DNA from: a virus
Taxonomy: Duplodnaviria > Caudoviricetes
Reading direction: 5' to 3' (one strand)
IMG/VR virus record: IMGVR_UViG_3300028886_000035
Span: 96,001-160,000 of that record
Length of the DNA: 64,000 nt
Shown: positions 40,165 to 49,191 of the stretch, one piece after another
How the letters are laid out: the number at the start of each line of letters is the position of its first letter
Position numbering within the stretch: position 1 is the first letter of the stretch
Translations under genes and position numbers: made by a program
Notes under the pieces: generated by a model
The model's database searches: none
The model's input: the letters and a program-made list of their open reading frames with translations, nothing else
Told to the model about the DNA's origin: nothing

Positions 40165-42351
40165 TTAAGGCATCCAATCGAAATTTTCATTAGGTTTACC
40201 GATAGTTTCACATTCATCAATATCATCAATACCGTTATGGTTCATATCAATATAATCCTTATTATAAGGATTAATTTGAATATCAACGCCATAGAATTTA
40301 TCAGGAGTATGTTGGAATAAACCATTATGTTTAATTTTTCTATCATAATAATGATAATTAGTATATTTCAATTCATCTTTACGAGTAAAGTTTTTAGTTT
40401 CCTTATCTATAACAGTAAAATTGTGGATGTGAATATTATCAACGAAAGAACAAGTCCACGGAGAATCAGACATTTTCATTTGTTCCCATCTATGGATAGC
40501 ATAATCCAAATTATAGAAATATTCTTTATAGTGTAGCCATTTATCTTCCGTATCAACGATTTTCAATTGACGTTTATCATTAATATAATAATGGTATCTA
40601 TCCAAATCTGTTTTCGTAACGGTTTTATAATCGAATTCGATATAGAAATATTCAGGAACAGTTTCTCTTAGAATAACCAAGGGAGCAACGTCCTTTTTTT
40701 GTTGTTTATCTACCATCCATACTTCTTTTTTCTTAGCATTAGCTTTGACAACATGATTTAAAGAAGGTAATGCATAATCATCGAAATCATGATTTAAATA
40801 CCATTTACCGATATAAGTAAAATCGAATTCATCAGAAAAGTATTCATCTTTGACAAACCACGGTTTAATTTTAACAATAGTTTGATATTCTGTACGAATA
40901 TCAGCATCGGTATCTATATAAACAGGAAACACACCAAACACCCAATACGTATTAGAAGCAAGACCTGTAATATTAATTTCGTAATGATAAGCTGCGTGTA
41001 TAGCAGGAACATCAACGATTTTATAAGTACCGTCATCATCGTCAGTAATATATTGGTCATCTTGTTTAAACATAATACGTATATGGTCGATATGGTTTCT
41101 AATTTTCAAATCATAAGAAATTTTCATAGAGCGGATTCCGTCCTCGAATTTCAGATTATACATTTCATCATAATAAGGTTTATAATGAATCAATTCTGCT
41201 TGTGAATCAGTATTCCAAAAATACAAATCAGGATATATTTGATGGTCGTTATCCCAATCCTTTTTAAATAATTTACTTCTTATATAAGGTTTAATAAAAT
41301 AAGAAGTATTGTTATCAGGAAGGTGGAATTTTTCATGATTTTGAAATTGATAATCAGTAATAAAATAATCTAAAGAAGGAACGTGGTCGGAGTTTAATTT
41401 AAAGAACACGTCACCGAAATCTATATCGTTATTATCCTCATAATAAGCATAGATAAAATCATCTGTAACTAATTTACCTGTAACTAATTTACCTGTACTA
41501 TCTTTAATCAAATGGCGGTGTTGTTTATATTTTAAATTTTTCAATAATTTAGGGATATGGTCAAACCATGTTTTATTATATGTATGAGCAAAGATGGTTT
41601 GGAAATTCATATTATCTACGTCATAATATTCCAAAGCGTAATAATAAGCTCTACCATCAGCTATCATAGTATCATTATAAGATAAAATATCATTATTGTG
41701 AAAAGTATCTACATAACGATACCAAACTTTTTCATCATTTTGTAAGATAAATTTGCCTTTTGATAAATCAGGGACATCATTGCTATCTTTATCTTTAATA
41801 GTATCTATTTGTGTATTATCTGCGCGTTTATATAACTTGACTGTAAAATCAAAAGGATAATCAATAGGATTCCACGATATAGTAGCAGAATGACAGTCTG
41901 CATTAATGGTAGCTTTTAAATCATATTCAAATTGCAGTAATTGATGTGTATTTACAATATCAGGTTTACGAGAACCACAATTTCTACAAAAACGACTAAA
42001 TAAAACGCTTGCTTGACGTAAATTATCTTCATTATATTTAATCTTTTTATTGCCGTATTTATTGATAATGAGTTTATTTATATCTTCATTATAAAATGTC
42101 ATATCATTTAGAAGATTGTTATAAAATTTATGTACTTTACTTTCTGCTTCTAGTGTATGTAATTCACCGTAGCCATTTACGAGCATATCTTCTAAAACAT
42201 TCCATTGTTGTTGCAGGTAATCTTTATCATAATTTGGAGTTTTAAAAATTTCTTCTATATAATTATATTGTTTATCTATAGCGGAGCATAAAGAACAGTT
42301 ATCATTATGTTCCCACATTATTTTAGTTTCATCAACAATATATTTAGGCAC
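40165..42351 (-). CDS. Large beta-rich putative structural protein (FN3-like segments)
   Basis: Probable GTG start at 42351 after GGAGG; ATISWNP...YYYAL and ITGLASNTYWVFGVFP segments. Confidence 0.65.
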   Translation of the reverse strand: MPKYIVDETKIMWEHNDNCSLCSAIDKQYNYIEEIFKTPNYDKDYLQQQWNVLEDMLVNGYGELHTLEAESKVHKFYNNLLNDMTFYNEDINKLIINKYGNKKIKYNEDNLRQASVLFSRFCRNCGSRKPDIVNTHQLLQFEYDLKATINADCHSATISWNPIDYPFDFTVKLYKRADNTQIDTIKDKDSNDVPDLSKGKFILQNDEKVWYRYVDTFHNNDILSYNDTMIADGRAYYYALEYYDVDNMNFQTIFAHTYNKTWFDHIPKLLKNLKYKQHRHLIKDSTGKLVTGKLVTDDFIYAYYEDNNDIDFGDVFFKLNSDHVPSLDYFITDYQFQNHEKFHLPDNNTSYFIKPYIRSKLFKKDWDNDHQIYPDLYFWNTDSQAELIHYKPYYDEMYNLKFEDGIRSMKISYDLKIRNHIDHIRIMFKQDDQYITDDDDGTYKIVDVPAIHAAYHYEINITGLASNTYWVFGVFPVYIDTDADIRTEYQTIVKIKPWFVKDEYFSDEFDFTYIGKWYLNHDFDDYALPSLNHVVKANAKKKEVWMVDKQQKKDVAPLVILRETVPEYFYIEFDYKTVTKTDLDRYHYYINDKRQLKIVDTEDKWLHYKEYFYNLDYAIHRWEQMKMSDSPWTCSFVDNIHIHNFTVIDKETKNFTRKDELKYTNYHYYDRKIKHNGLFQHTPDKFYGVDIQINPYNKDYIDMNHNGIDDIDECETIGKPNENFDWMP

Positions 42352-42377
42352 AAAAATACCTCCTTCTTTAAAATTCA

Positions 42378-42392
42378 TCTAATAATAAAATA
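42378..42392 (-). promoter_or_regulatory. Candidate late promoter TATT-N7-TAGA
   Basis: Minus strand TATTTTATTATTAGA, following a terminator at about 42402-42428. Confidence 0.55.
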
Positions 42393-42433
42393 ATACAAAA
42401 AAAGCGTATGATTTGTTTTTATACGCTTAATTT

Positions 42434-42829
42434 TTAGATACCGAAGAATTTCATATATTCATAGATAAAATCTTCTTTGTAATTATCTAAAATTTCTTCA
42501 AAGATTTTATGATGAATGAATTTATTATTTTTTTCTTTAATAAACTGATTTTTGATAGTTATAAACGGAGTACAATTTAATTCCCTTAATGTAAAACAAT
42601 GACCATTACTGTAATCTTTTTTTATAGAACACCATTGATTATAATGGACAGTATGTACATGTACACTATCGTCTGCAAAAAAAACATAGATGTAATAAGC
42701 AGATTTTTTCATTTCACATACATATCCAAAACAATATTGAATATCAAAATCATTGATATAAAATTTAAATGGAGTAAGTAAAGCACGGTTTTCTTTTTGA
42801 GATAAGAAAAAATTGGTTAATTTTCGCAT
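42434..42829 (-). CDS. G-phi tail family protein (ends MKFFGI)
   Basis: 131 aa with shared C-terminal motif. Confidence 0.7.
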   Translation of the reverse strand: MRKLTNFFLSQKENRALLTPFKFYINDFDIQYCFGYVCEMKKSAYYIYVFFADDSVHVHTVHYNQWCSIKKDYSNGHCFTLRELNCTPFITIKNQFIKEKNNKFIHHKIFEEILDNYKEDFIYEYMKFFGI

Positions 42830-44283
42830 GGGAACAACAACTCACTTTTCGTTCTACCTGAAAGTTTAATCATCGTAGTAAGTTTCTTCTGATACTCATT
42901 AATCAGAAGATTGAGTTTCTTCACAATGGTTGCATGGTTATCAGAAACATGGTCTACCCAATCATAATTAACTTTTGCTAAACCACAATTGGTTTTTACG
43001 AAATATGTATCATACTTATAGCTATCAGGTTTATATGTATCCTGTTTATCAATAACAACGTAACCGTGTTCAAATTCAAGGGTTTTAAACCCATTGACTT
43101 TAGCATAATCTTCCAAACGGAAAGTCGCTTCAGTAAGAGTATCGAATGCCAATTCCAATTCTGTATTATCAACGTTCTTTTTGTGTTTTGTTACGTTAAA
43201 TCCACAATTAATAAACTCTTTTGGAGTCTGCGGAAGATACGTAGAACCATAACGATAGTATCTCTTATTATATCTTCTGCTAAAAGCTATAGGAGTAGTC
43301 ATGCGAACCGTAACGGAACTGTTATCAATAATGGGGACAGATATACGGTTATATTCCTTGCCTAAAATACGTTTTGCAAGAGCTTTCTGATGACGGTTCA
43401 TTTTATCAAATCTCGTAAATAAAGTCATAAATGTATCATAGATGATTTTTGTTTCTTTGTTTACGTTTTTGATACGTTTCAGGACGTTGAATATATCAAA
43501 TGGAGTAGTAAGAGTAAAATATGCCTCGCCAATTTTAATTCTGCAAAAAACATTAGGAACATTAAGTGCATTTTTCCTTTTTACAGAAATAATGTATTTC
43601 TCTTCCTTACTTGCATTTTTGTCATAAGGATAAGAATTATATCTTCTATTACCAATATTAGGAGAAGCACTATCATGAATAACGTTAAATAAAGACATAA
43701 TAATACCATCGTTTTTATGATAATAGTAAAGAGATTTAAAAATATCATCTTTATTAATATCATTATGAGTATAGTCATATCCAAAATCTTTATCCTTATT
43801 TACGAGCTTGTAAAATTTGAAAGAATTTTTTGGTGTTTCAATATTATAGTAAGTTTTAAAACCTGATTTAACATATACCTTTTTACCAAAAAAGTTATTA
43901 AAACAGACTAATGTATAACTACTATTAGATTTAGCCATACAATCATCAAGAATGAGAACATCATATAATTCAATATTGCTATCAGGTTCGGTTTCATTAA
44001 AATGAATGTGGTCATAATCATAAGTAGAATAAGAGCCATTCCAACTACTTACGGAATAAGACATATTATAAGTAGTGAAATAACCAATTTTATTCTGTAC
44101 TTCACGTTCCAGAGTTTGAAGGTACTGTTCCGTATTTTTATTGTTAAGTTTATTTCCGTTATATTTAACAACAACAATACGATTATTATACATAGCTGTA
44201 GAATACATGATACGATTTTTTGTAAAACTATGATTAAGAATATCTTCATTCAAATCAATTAAATATTTTCTAAATGATTTCAT
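42817..44283 (-). CDS. Hypothetical early protein, paralog of 44419..45765
   Basis: Shared IL..SFT, Y...CFNNF.G.K, VRM.TPI.F and NGFK...F..G.VVI; own TTGACA promoter. Confidence 0.8.
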   Translation of the reverse strand: MKSFRKYLIDLNEDILNHSFTKNRIMYSTAMYNNRIVVVKYNGNKLNNKNTEQYLQTLEREVQNKIGYFTTYNMSYSVSSWNGSYSTYDYDHIHFNETEPDSNIELYDVLILDDCMAKSNSSYTLVCFNNFFGKKVYVKSGFKTYYNIETPKNSFKFYKLVNKDKDFGYDYTHNDINKDDIFKSLYYYHKNDGIIMSLFNVIHDSASPNIGNRRYNSYPYDKNASKEEKYIISVKRKNALNVPNVFCRIKIGEAYFTLTTPFDIFNVLKRIKNVNKETKIIYDTFMTLFTRFDKMNRHQKALAKRILGKEYNRISVPIIDNSSVTVRMTTPIAFSRRYNKRYYRYGSTYLPQTPKEFINCGFNVTKHKKNVDNTELELAFDTLTEATFRLEDYAKVNGFKTLEFEHGYVVIDKQDTYKPDSYKYDTYFVKTNCGLAKVNYDWVDHVSDNHATIVKKLNLLINEYQKKLTTMIKLSGRTKSELLFPCEN

Positions 44284-44327
44284 TGTTAATTAACCTCCCA
44301 CTTTGTATTTCTTTCTTTGTTAATATT

Positions 44328-44356
44328 ATAATAACATATTTTGTTTCATTTGTCAA
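44328..44356 (-). promoter_or_regulatory. Sigma-A early promoter
   Basis: TTGACA-17 bp-(TGn)TATTAT, after a terminator at 44383-44408. Confidence 0.8.
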
Positions 44357-44418
44357 TAGTTTTAATTAATTTTTTTAAATAAAATCCCTATCTACATAGA
44401 TAGGGATTAGGGAAGGTA

Positions 44419-45765
44419 TCAATTTTCTTTTTTAATAAGACTATTAATAAATGAATTTACGTCTGTTCCACGCATTTTAGCCATTGTCGTGATATATTTA
44501 TCGTATTCGTCACGCAAAGCGATTGTACGGCGATACAGAGAGTTTTTGGGGAGTTTCTTTTTATCTTTTGTCTCCCATTTAGCGGTAACTAAATCAATAT
44601 TGGTAAACCCTGTAATACTATTAACGAAATAATCGTTGTTTTCTTCTTTCGTTCCTTTGATTACAACTTTTCCGTTTTTAAAATCGACAACTTTAAATCC
44701 ATTGTCTTTATACTGTTCAATATCAGGATAATTATAAATAAGAGATTCTACCAAAATATTGATAGCTTTCATATCATTTTTATCAACGTCACCTGTAATT
44801 TCAAAACTATTGTCGTACGTCATTTTATCATCTTTACAGAAAGAATGAAAATAGTTCTTATCTTTGTTAAAATAGTACTGTGTACTATCATCAAAGAAAC
44901 CATAGTTGAAACCAATAGGCGTAATCATGCGTACACGCACATTACCATTATTGAAAACGTCATTATGGATAGAGTCAAAATTCTTATTCAAGAATTTCTT
45001 ACTGATTTCAATTTCTTCATTCGTCATTTTTTCAAAATCCTTAAACATCACTTCAAAATATTTCTGAAGCGTATTCATATTTTTATCATCTTTCATGGCT
45101 CTAAAAATGAAGAAAATCTGTTCAATGACATAGATAGGATAAGGAACATTATCAATGATAATTGTGCAATATAACTGCGGAATGATATATTTATTGTATT
45201 TGCACAATTTATTAAAAGCATCATCAAAATCATCTTCAGCACTATCCAAAATCATATCTTGTGGAATACGGAGTCCAAAGATAATAGCGTCATTTCCTTT
45301 ACGATAAACAACAGATTTGTGAATATCAGGAGCACCATTAATACAGGTATCGACAAATGAAACCTCGTTATTTTTTGCATTCAAATACATAGATTTGTAT
45401 AAATACATATTATCGGAATAATTCTTATTTTTAAATGTGGTAAGTAGACCAATTTTGTGTCCCATAAAATTATTGAAACAATAAATTGAATAGCTCATAC
45501 CATTAGAAGCATACATTTTATGCGAATTGATAGTCATAATATTGTACATTTCTACGTTGTCAATATTATTTTCTTCCATATTATTCACGAAGAAATCTCG
45601 TTCACTAGGCGTACAATTGTTTTTGTCGAATTGTCCAATTATAATATCATATTTGTTTTCTTCATCGCGAATATACTTATGAGTAATAGGATGTTCTGTG
45701 AAAGAATTTTCAAGAATTTCATCTTCAATTTGTGTAAACAACTTGTTCATTTTATTTACCTCCAA
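44419..45765 (-). CDS. Hypothetical early protein, paralog of 42817..44283
   Basis: See paralog; true start probably MNKLFTQ after GGAGG. Confidence 0.8.
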   Translation of the reverse strand: MEVNKMNKLFTQIEDEILENSFTEHPITHKYIRDEENKYDIIIGQFDKNNCTPSERDFFVNNMEENNIDNVEMYNIMTINSHKMYASNGMSYSIYCFNNFMGHKIGLLTTFKNKNYSDNMYLYKSMYLNAKNNEVSFVDTCINGAPDIHKSVVYRKGNDAIIFGLRIPQDMILDSAEDDFDDAFNKLCKYNKYIIPQLYCTIIIDNVPYPIYVIEQIFFIFRAMKDDKNMNTLQKYFEVMFKDFEKMTNEEIEISKKFLNKNFDSIHNDVFNNGNVRVRMITPIGFNYGFFDDSTQYYFNKDKNYFHSFCKDDKMTYDNSFEITGDVDKNDMKAINILVESLIYNYPDIEQYKDNGFKVVDFKNGKVVIKGTKEENNDYFVNSITGFTNIDLVTAKWETKDKKKLPKNSLYRRTIALRDEYDKYITTMAKMRGTDVNSFINSLIKKEN

Positions 45766-45795
45766 TTAGTTTTTGTCCTTTTTCTTTGTAATTAT

Positions 45796-45824
45796 ATATT
45801 AGCACATAATGTACTGTTTGTCAA
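45796..45824 (-). promoter_or_regulatory. Sigma-A early promoter
   Basis: TTGACA-17 bp-(TGn)TAATAT, after a terminator at 45851-45874. Confidence 0.75.
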
Positions 45825-45873
45825 CAATTTTAATTAACTTTTTTAAAAAAAGATAACCATTTTATAGGTTATC

Positions 45874-46359
45874 TTATAATCCATCTTGTATAATGAATAG
45901 TTTATAAATTTGTGCCATGTTTCTATGTTGTAAATAAAATTTAAACAAGTCTAATAATAACTGTACATCTTCATTATCATAATAATGTTCTTGTAAAAAT
46001 GTTAGCAATTCACCATATAATTTATCGTTAGAAATTGTATAATTGAAATTCTCCATAGTAGCTGGTTTTTTGAATTTCCAATTATCGGTAGAAAAGGTAA
46101 ATGAACGTTCAGAATTCAGTTTATGTATTGTAATCAAATGAATTTTAATACTGTATTTTGCTACATTATAGTTTATAGTTGGTTTTTCCCTATAAGTTGT
46201 AAATTTAGAATAAGTATAGTCTAAACTGTAATCTATTTGAATTTCTATTGATGAACTGATAACATGATGAATTAGTTTATATCCTGTAATTTGATAATCT
46301 TGAAACATGGAATTGTTTCTCACTTTGATTATATCAGAAGTTTCTATTTTATAATCCAT
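45874..46359 (-). CDS. G-phi tail family protein (ends IIQDGL)
   Basis: 161 aa, GGGAG SD. Confidence 0.75.
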   Translation of the reverse strand: MDYKIETSDIIKVRNNSMFQDYQITGYKLIHHVISSSIEIQIDYSLDYTYSKFTTYREKPTINYNVAKYSIKIHLITIHKLNSERSFTFSTDNWKFKKPATMENFNYTISNDKLYGELLTFLQEHYYDNEDVQLLLDLFKFYLQHRNMAQIYKLFIIQDGL

Positions 46360-46473
46360 ATTTTTTTACTCCCATTAATTGTACTTAATTTATTATTTTA
46401 TGTTTATGTAATAAATAACAGTACAAAGATGAAAAAAGGTATAAAAATAATCATATATTTATAATTATATGAT

Positions 46474-46866
46474 TTATTTTTTTGACATTTTCATAAAATC
46501 TATAAAAGATTTTATATAGTTGTTGTAATAAGCAGGAAAATTATAAATAGATTGATACCAAATAAAATGATTTTCACATTTTTCTTTGTAATTGACTAAT
46601 ATATCAACAATAAAATGTTGATTTGTAGAATAAAAAAAGTTTATATGATATTTATATTGGTTTATATATAGCAAGTATTCATAAGAAATATTCAACATGT
46701 TTACATTTGATGCTGGTGCAACAACAATTTTTTTTGTAAAATGAATAGAAATAACAAAATTATATAATTTTATATATAGTTGATATAGTATCGTTATAAT
46801 TGAATTAATGGGAGAATATATAATCATTAAAAATTGTAATATATCTTTCATAGTATTATATTCCAT
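46474..46866 (-). CDS. Hypothetical protein
   Basis: 130 aa, hydrophobic N-terminus; lacks the G-phi end. Confidence 0.55.
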   Translation of the reverse strand: MEYNTMKDILQFLMIIYSPINSIITILYQLYIKLYNFVISIHFTKKIVVAPASNVNMLNISYEYLLYINQYKYHINFFYSTNQHFIVDILVNYKEKCENHFIWYQSIYNFPAYYNNYIKSFIDFMKMSKK

Positions 46867-47293
46867 GAAACATAATATATCGTTTATATAATAAATTCTT
46901 ATCCATATATTTTAAGAAATATGTGGGATAGGTTTGTTTTATCATGTTTTGATATATGTGTGGATTATCCTCTGTATGAATAGAATATAATAAAGTATCA
47001 AGTGATTTTCGCATTTGATGTTTATTTAAATATGGTGGTTTCATAAATGATATAGACATAGCAACATTTTTTTCATAACATGATATATGTAAACGTATAT
47101 GTATATCTAAATCTAATTTATTTACATATACAATATATTGAAAACGATATACATCGTATGTATTTTTTGATATACTTGTATCAGTGGTATATATATCATA
47201 TGTATCGCATAATAATATATATAATGATTTGGGTATTTGTGATTTGGGTATTTGTGATTTAAAATTTTTAACGGAAAGAAAATGCATAATCAC
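46856..47293 (-). CDS. G-phi tail family protein (ends IMFHGI)
   Basis: 145 aa. Confidence 0.7.
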   Translation of the reverse strand: MIMHFLSVKNFKSQIPKSQIPKSLYILLCDTYDIYTTDTSISKNTYDVYRFQYIVYVNKLDLDIHIRLHISCYEKNVAMSISFMKPPYLNKHQMRKSLDTLLYSIHTEDNPHIYQNMIKQTYPTYFLKYMDKNLLYKRYIMFHGI

Positions 47294-47892
47294 ATACCTA
47301 CTTTCTGAATTGATTTTATAATAAATTTGTTGTAGTCTTTCTTTACATATTTATTGAAAGAATATTTAATAAAACAGTAAATAAAAATATATTCACAAAT
47401 CATACTAATTAAATCCATGTTTGTTGATTTAATATATGATTTTATAGATTTTGATAAAGCATGATAATCCGTTTCAAAATTTATAGCATTGTTTTGGTCA
47501 AAACAATGTTTATTATATTTTATTTTGATATTTGGATAATAATATACTAAGTCATCTTTAATATTAAAGTTTTTTAAATAAAAAAATACACTAGTAGATT
47601 TATTGAATAACAAAATGTTATAAAATTTTGTTGAAAGTAGATTGAAATCTTTATATTTATTCATATTCTTCTTATTAAAATCAAAATATTTATCTAGTCT
47701 TTTTATAGCTAATTCACAAATACCATATTTATCTTTCATATAAGTTAATTGTTCTGTTTCTTCATATATTTTAGAATATAGTATAATGTACAATAAATTA
47801 ATTGGTAATGTAATAATATGAAATAATGGTATAATAATATTATACCATTTATTGATAATCCAATTAAATAGGTTCTTTAAATGCCAAAACAT
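47290..47892 (-). CDS. G-phi tail family protein (ends IQKVGM)
   Basis: 200 aa, hydrophobic N-terminal segment. Confidence 0.65.
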   Translation of the reverse strand: MFWHLKNLFNWIINKWYNIIIPLFHIITLPINLLYIILYSKIYEETEQLTYMKDKYGICELAIKRLDKYFDFNKKNMNKYKDFNLLSTKFYNILLFNKSTSVFFYLKNFNIKDDLVYYYPNIKIKYNKHCFDQNNAINFETDYHALSKSIKSYIKSTNMDLISMICEYIFIYCFIKYSFNKYVKKDYNKFIIKSIQKVGM

Positions 47893-48278
47893 TTTGTCAC
47901 ATCATCCATTGTAAAATGAGGAAAATTTTTTAAAGCGTTTGGCTGAACTTCGTAATAAGAAGATAAATCGTGACGAATAAAATCAGTTAAAATATTCTTC
48001 ATTTTGATATGCAGTTTATTTTTATTTTTTTCAGTCAAAAAATATTTATATGTTTTTGTCCAAAATTCATTCATGCAATATGTACAATAAAAATATTGTT
48101 TATCAAAATTATAATTAATTGTATATATTACATTAGTTGTATTATTAGAGATATGGTTATGACCAAAAAGTTCAATAGTTTCTTTATTTGCATAAAAAAT
48201 TTGTTGTTCCCATGTACTTGTTTCGTTCATTAAAGACGTAGTAATAAAACCTTTTTTGTAAACGTTTTTTATAACCAT
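47877..48278 (-). CDS. G-phi tail family protein (ends TKCFGI), close paralog of 48291..48701
   Basis: W..QQI, YTIN, K..NIL and NFPH.T shared. Confidence 0.8.
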   Translation of the reverse strand: MVIKNVYKKGFITTSLMNETSTWEQQIFYANKETIELFGHNHISNNTTNVIYTINYNFDKQYFYCTYCMNEFWTKTYKYFLTEKNKNKLHIKMKNILTDFIRHDLSSYYEVQPNALKNFPHFTMDDVTKCFGI

Positions 48279-48290
48279 AATTAGTACCTC

Positions 48291-48701
48291 TTATAAGCCA
48301 AAAGTTTTTACAATAATTTCTTTGGTAATGTGTGGAAAGTTCATAATATAATTTTTTGTATATCGAACTTTTTCATGATGATAATTTTTTAGTTTATCTA
48401 CTAAAATATTTTCTAATTTTTTATAAAGAACTTTTTCTTTATTATAATCACAAATATATCTATGTTCATCAAAACCACAATCATCTATTGCATATACCAT
48501 ATACAGAGTATTGTCATTATAATCAAAATTGATTGTATACTCTAAAATATGGTCACTTTCAGAATAAAAATAGCAATTGTACATAGAAAAATAGCAACTG
48601 TACATAGGAATGGATTGTTTAGAATGATAGATTTGTTGATTTTTCCATCTATCTATTTCTCTTTGTGATACAAATGTATTATGGTAATTGATAATAGGCA
48701 T
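48291..48701 (-). CDS. G-phi tail family protein (ends VKTFGL)
   Basis: 136 aa, AAAGGAG SD, promoter upstream. Confidence 0.8.
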   Translation of the reverse strand: MPIINYHNTFVSQREIDRWKNQQIYHSKQSIPMYSCYFSMYNCYFYSESDHILEYTINFDYNDNTLYMVYAIDDCGFDEHRYICDYNKEKVLYKKLENILVDKLKNYHHEKVRYTKNYIMNFPHITKEIIVKTFGL

Positions 48702-48737
48702 TTGTGATTATCTCCTTTCTTTGTTTTTATATATTAT

Positions 48738-48767
48738 ATTATATCACTTATACAGTATATTTGTCAA
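48738..48767 (-). promoter_or_regulatory. Sigma-A early promoter
   Basis: TTGACA-18 bp-(TGn)TATAAT, after a terminator at 48786-48813. Confidence 0.75.
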
Positions 48768-48817
48768 CATTTTTTTTAAATAACAAATCCCTTATGTAAA
48801 TACATAAGGGATTTTTG

Positions 48818-49180
48818 TTATAATATCTGTGGCGAAAACCCCACGGGCTTGCCCGTGGGTATTAGTGAGTTCGTAGAAGTTACATTAATTCGTTTACCAT
48901 GAACAATTTCCTTTAAATTACGTGATACACCTGTATAATTTTCAAGTGGTTTTTGTTCATTTACTTGAAAATCGCTTGATACAGTTTGGTGAGAAAATGT
49001 TTTTGGAAGTGATAAACGATTTAACTCTGCACATATTCCATCAATGTAATCAATTTTTTCTTGCAGACGTGTTTGCAATAACTCTTTTTCTCTCTTTAAT
49101 AACATATATTGAGTTTCTAAATTTTTATATTTAGCTTTTAATTCAATATATTTATCGTTTATATCATATATATTACTCAT
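48818..49180 (-). CDS. Coiled-coil hypothetical protein
   Basis: 120 aa, AAGGAG SD; 3' end runs through a GC-rich hairpin. Confidence 0.7.
   Translation of the reverse strand: MSNIYDINDKYIELKAKYKNLETQYMLLKREKELLQTRLQEKIDYIDGICAELNRLSLPKTFSHQTVSSDFQVNEQKPLENYTGVSRNLKEIVHGKRINVTSTNSLIPTGKPVGFSPQIL
48840..48859. repeat. IS200/IS605-like subterminal hairpin remnant
   Basis: cccacgggc-tt-gcccgtggg, GC-rich in an AT-rich context. Confidence 0.5.
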
Positions 49181-49191
49181 TTCAAAACTCC

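Noticed and set aside
47226-47260. 15-bp tandem repeat (KSQIP x2); similar short duplications near 41463 and 56068
   Set aside because: Simple in-frame slippage duplications with no further structure.
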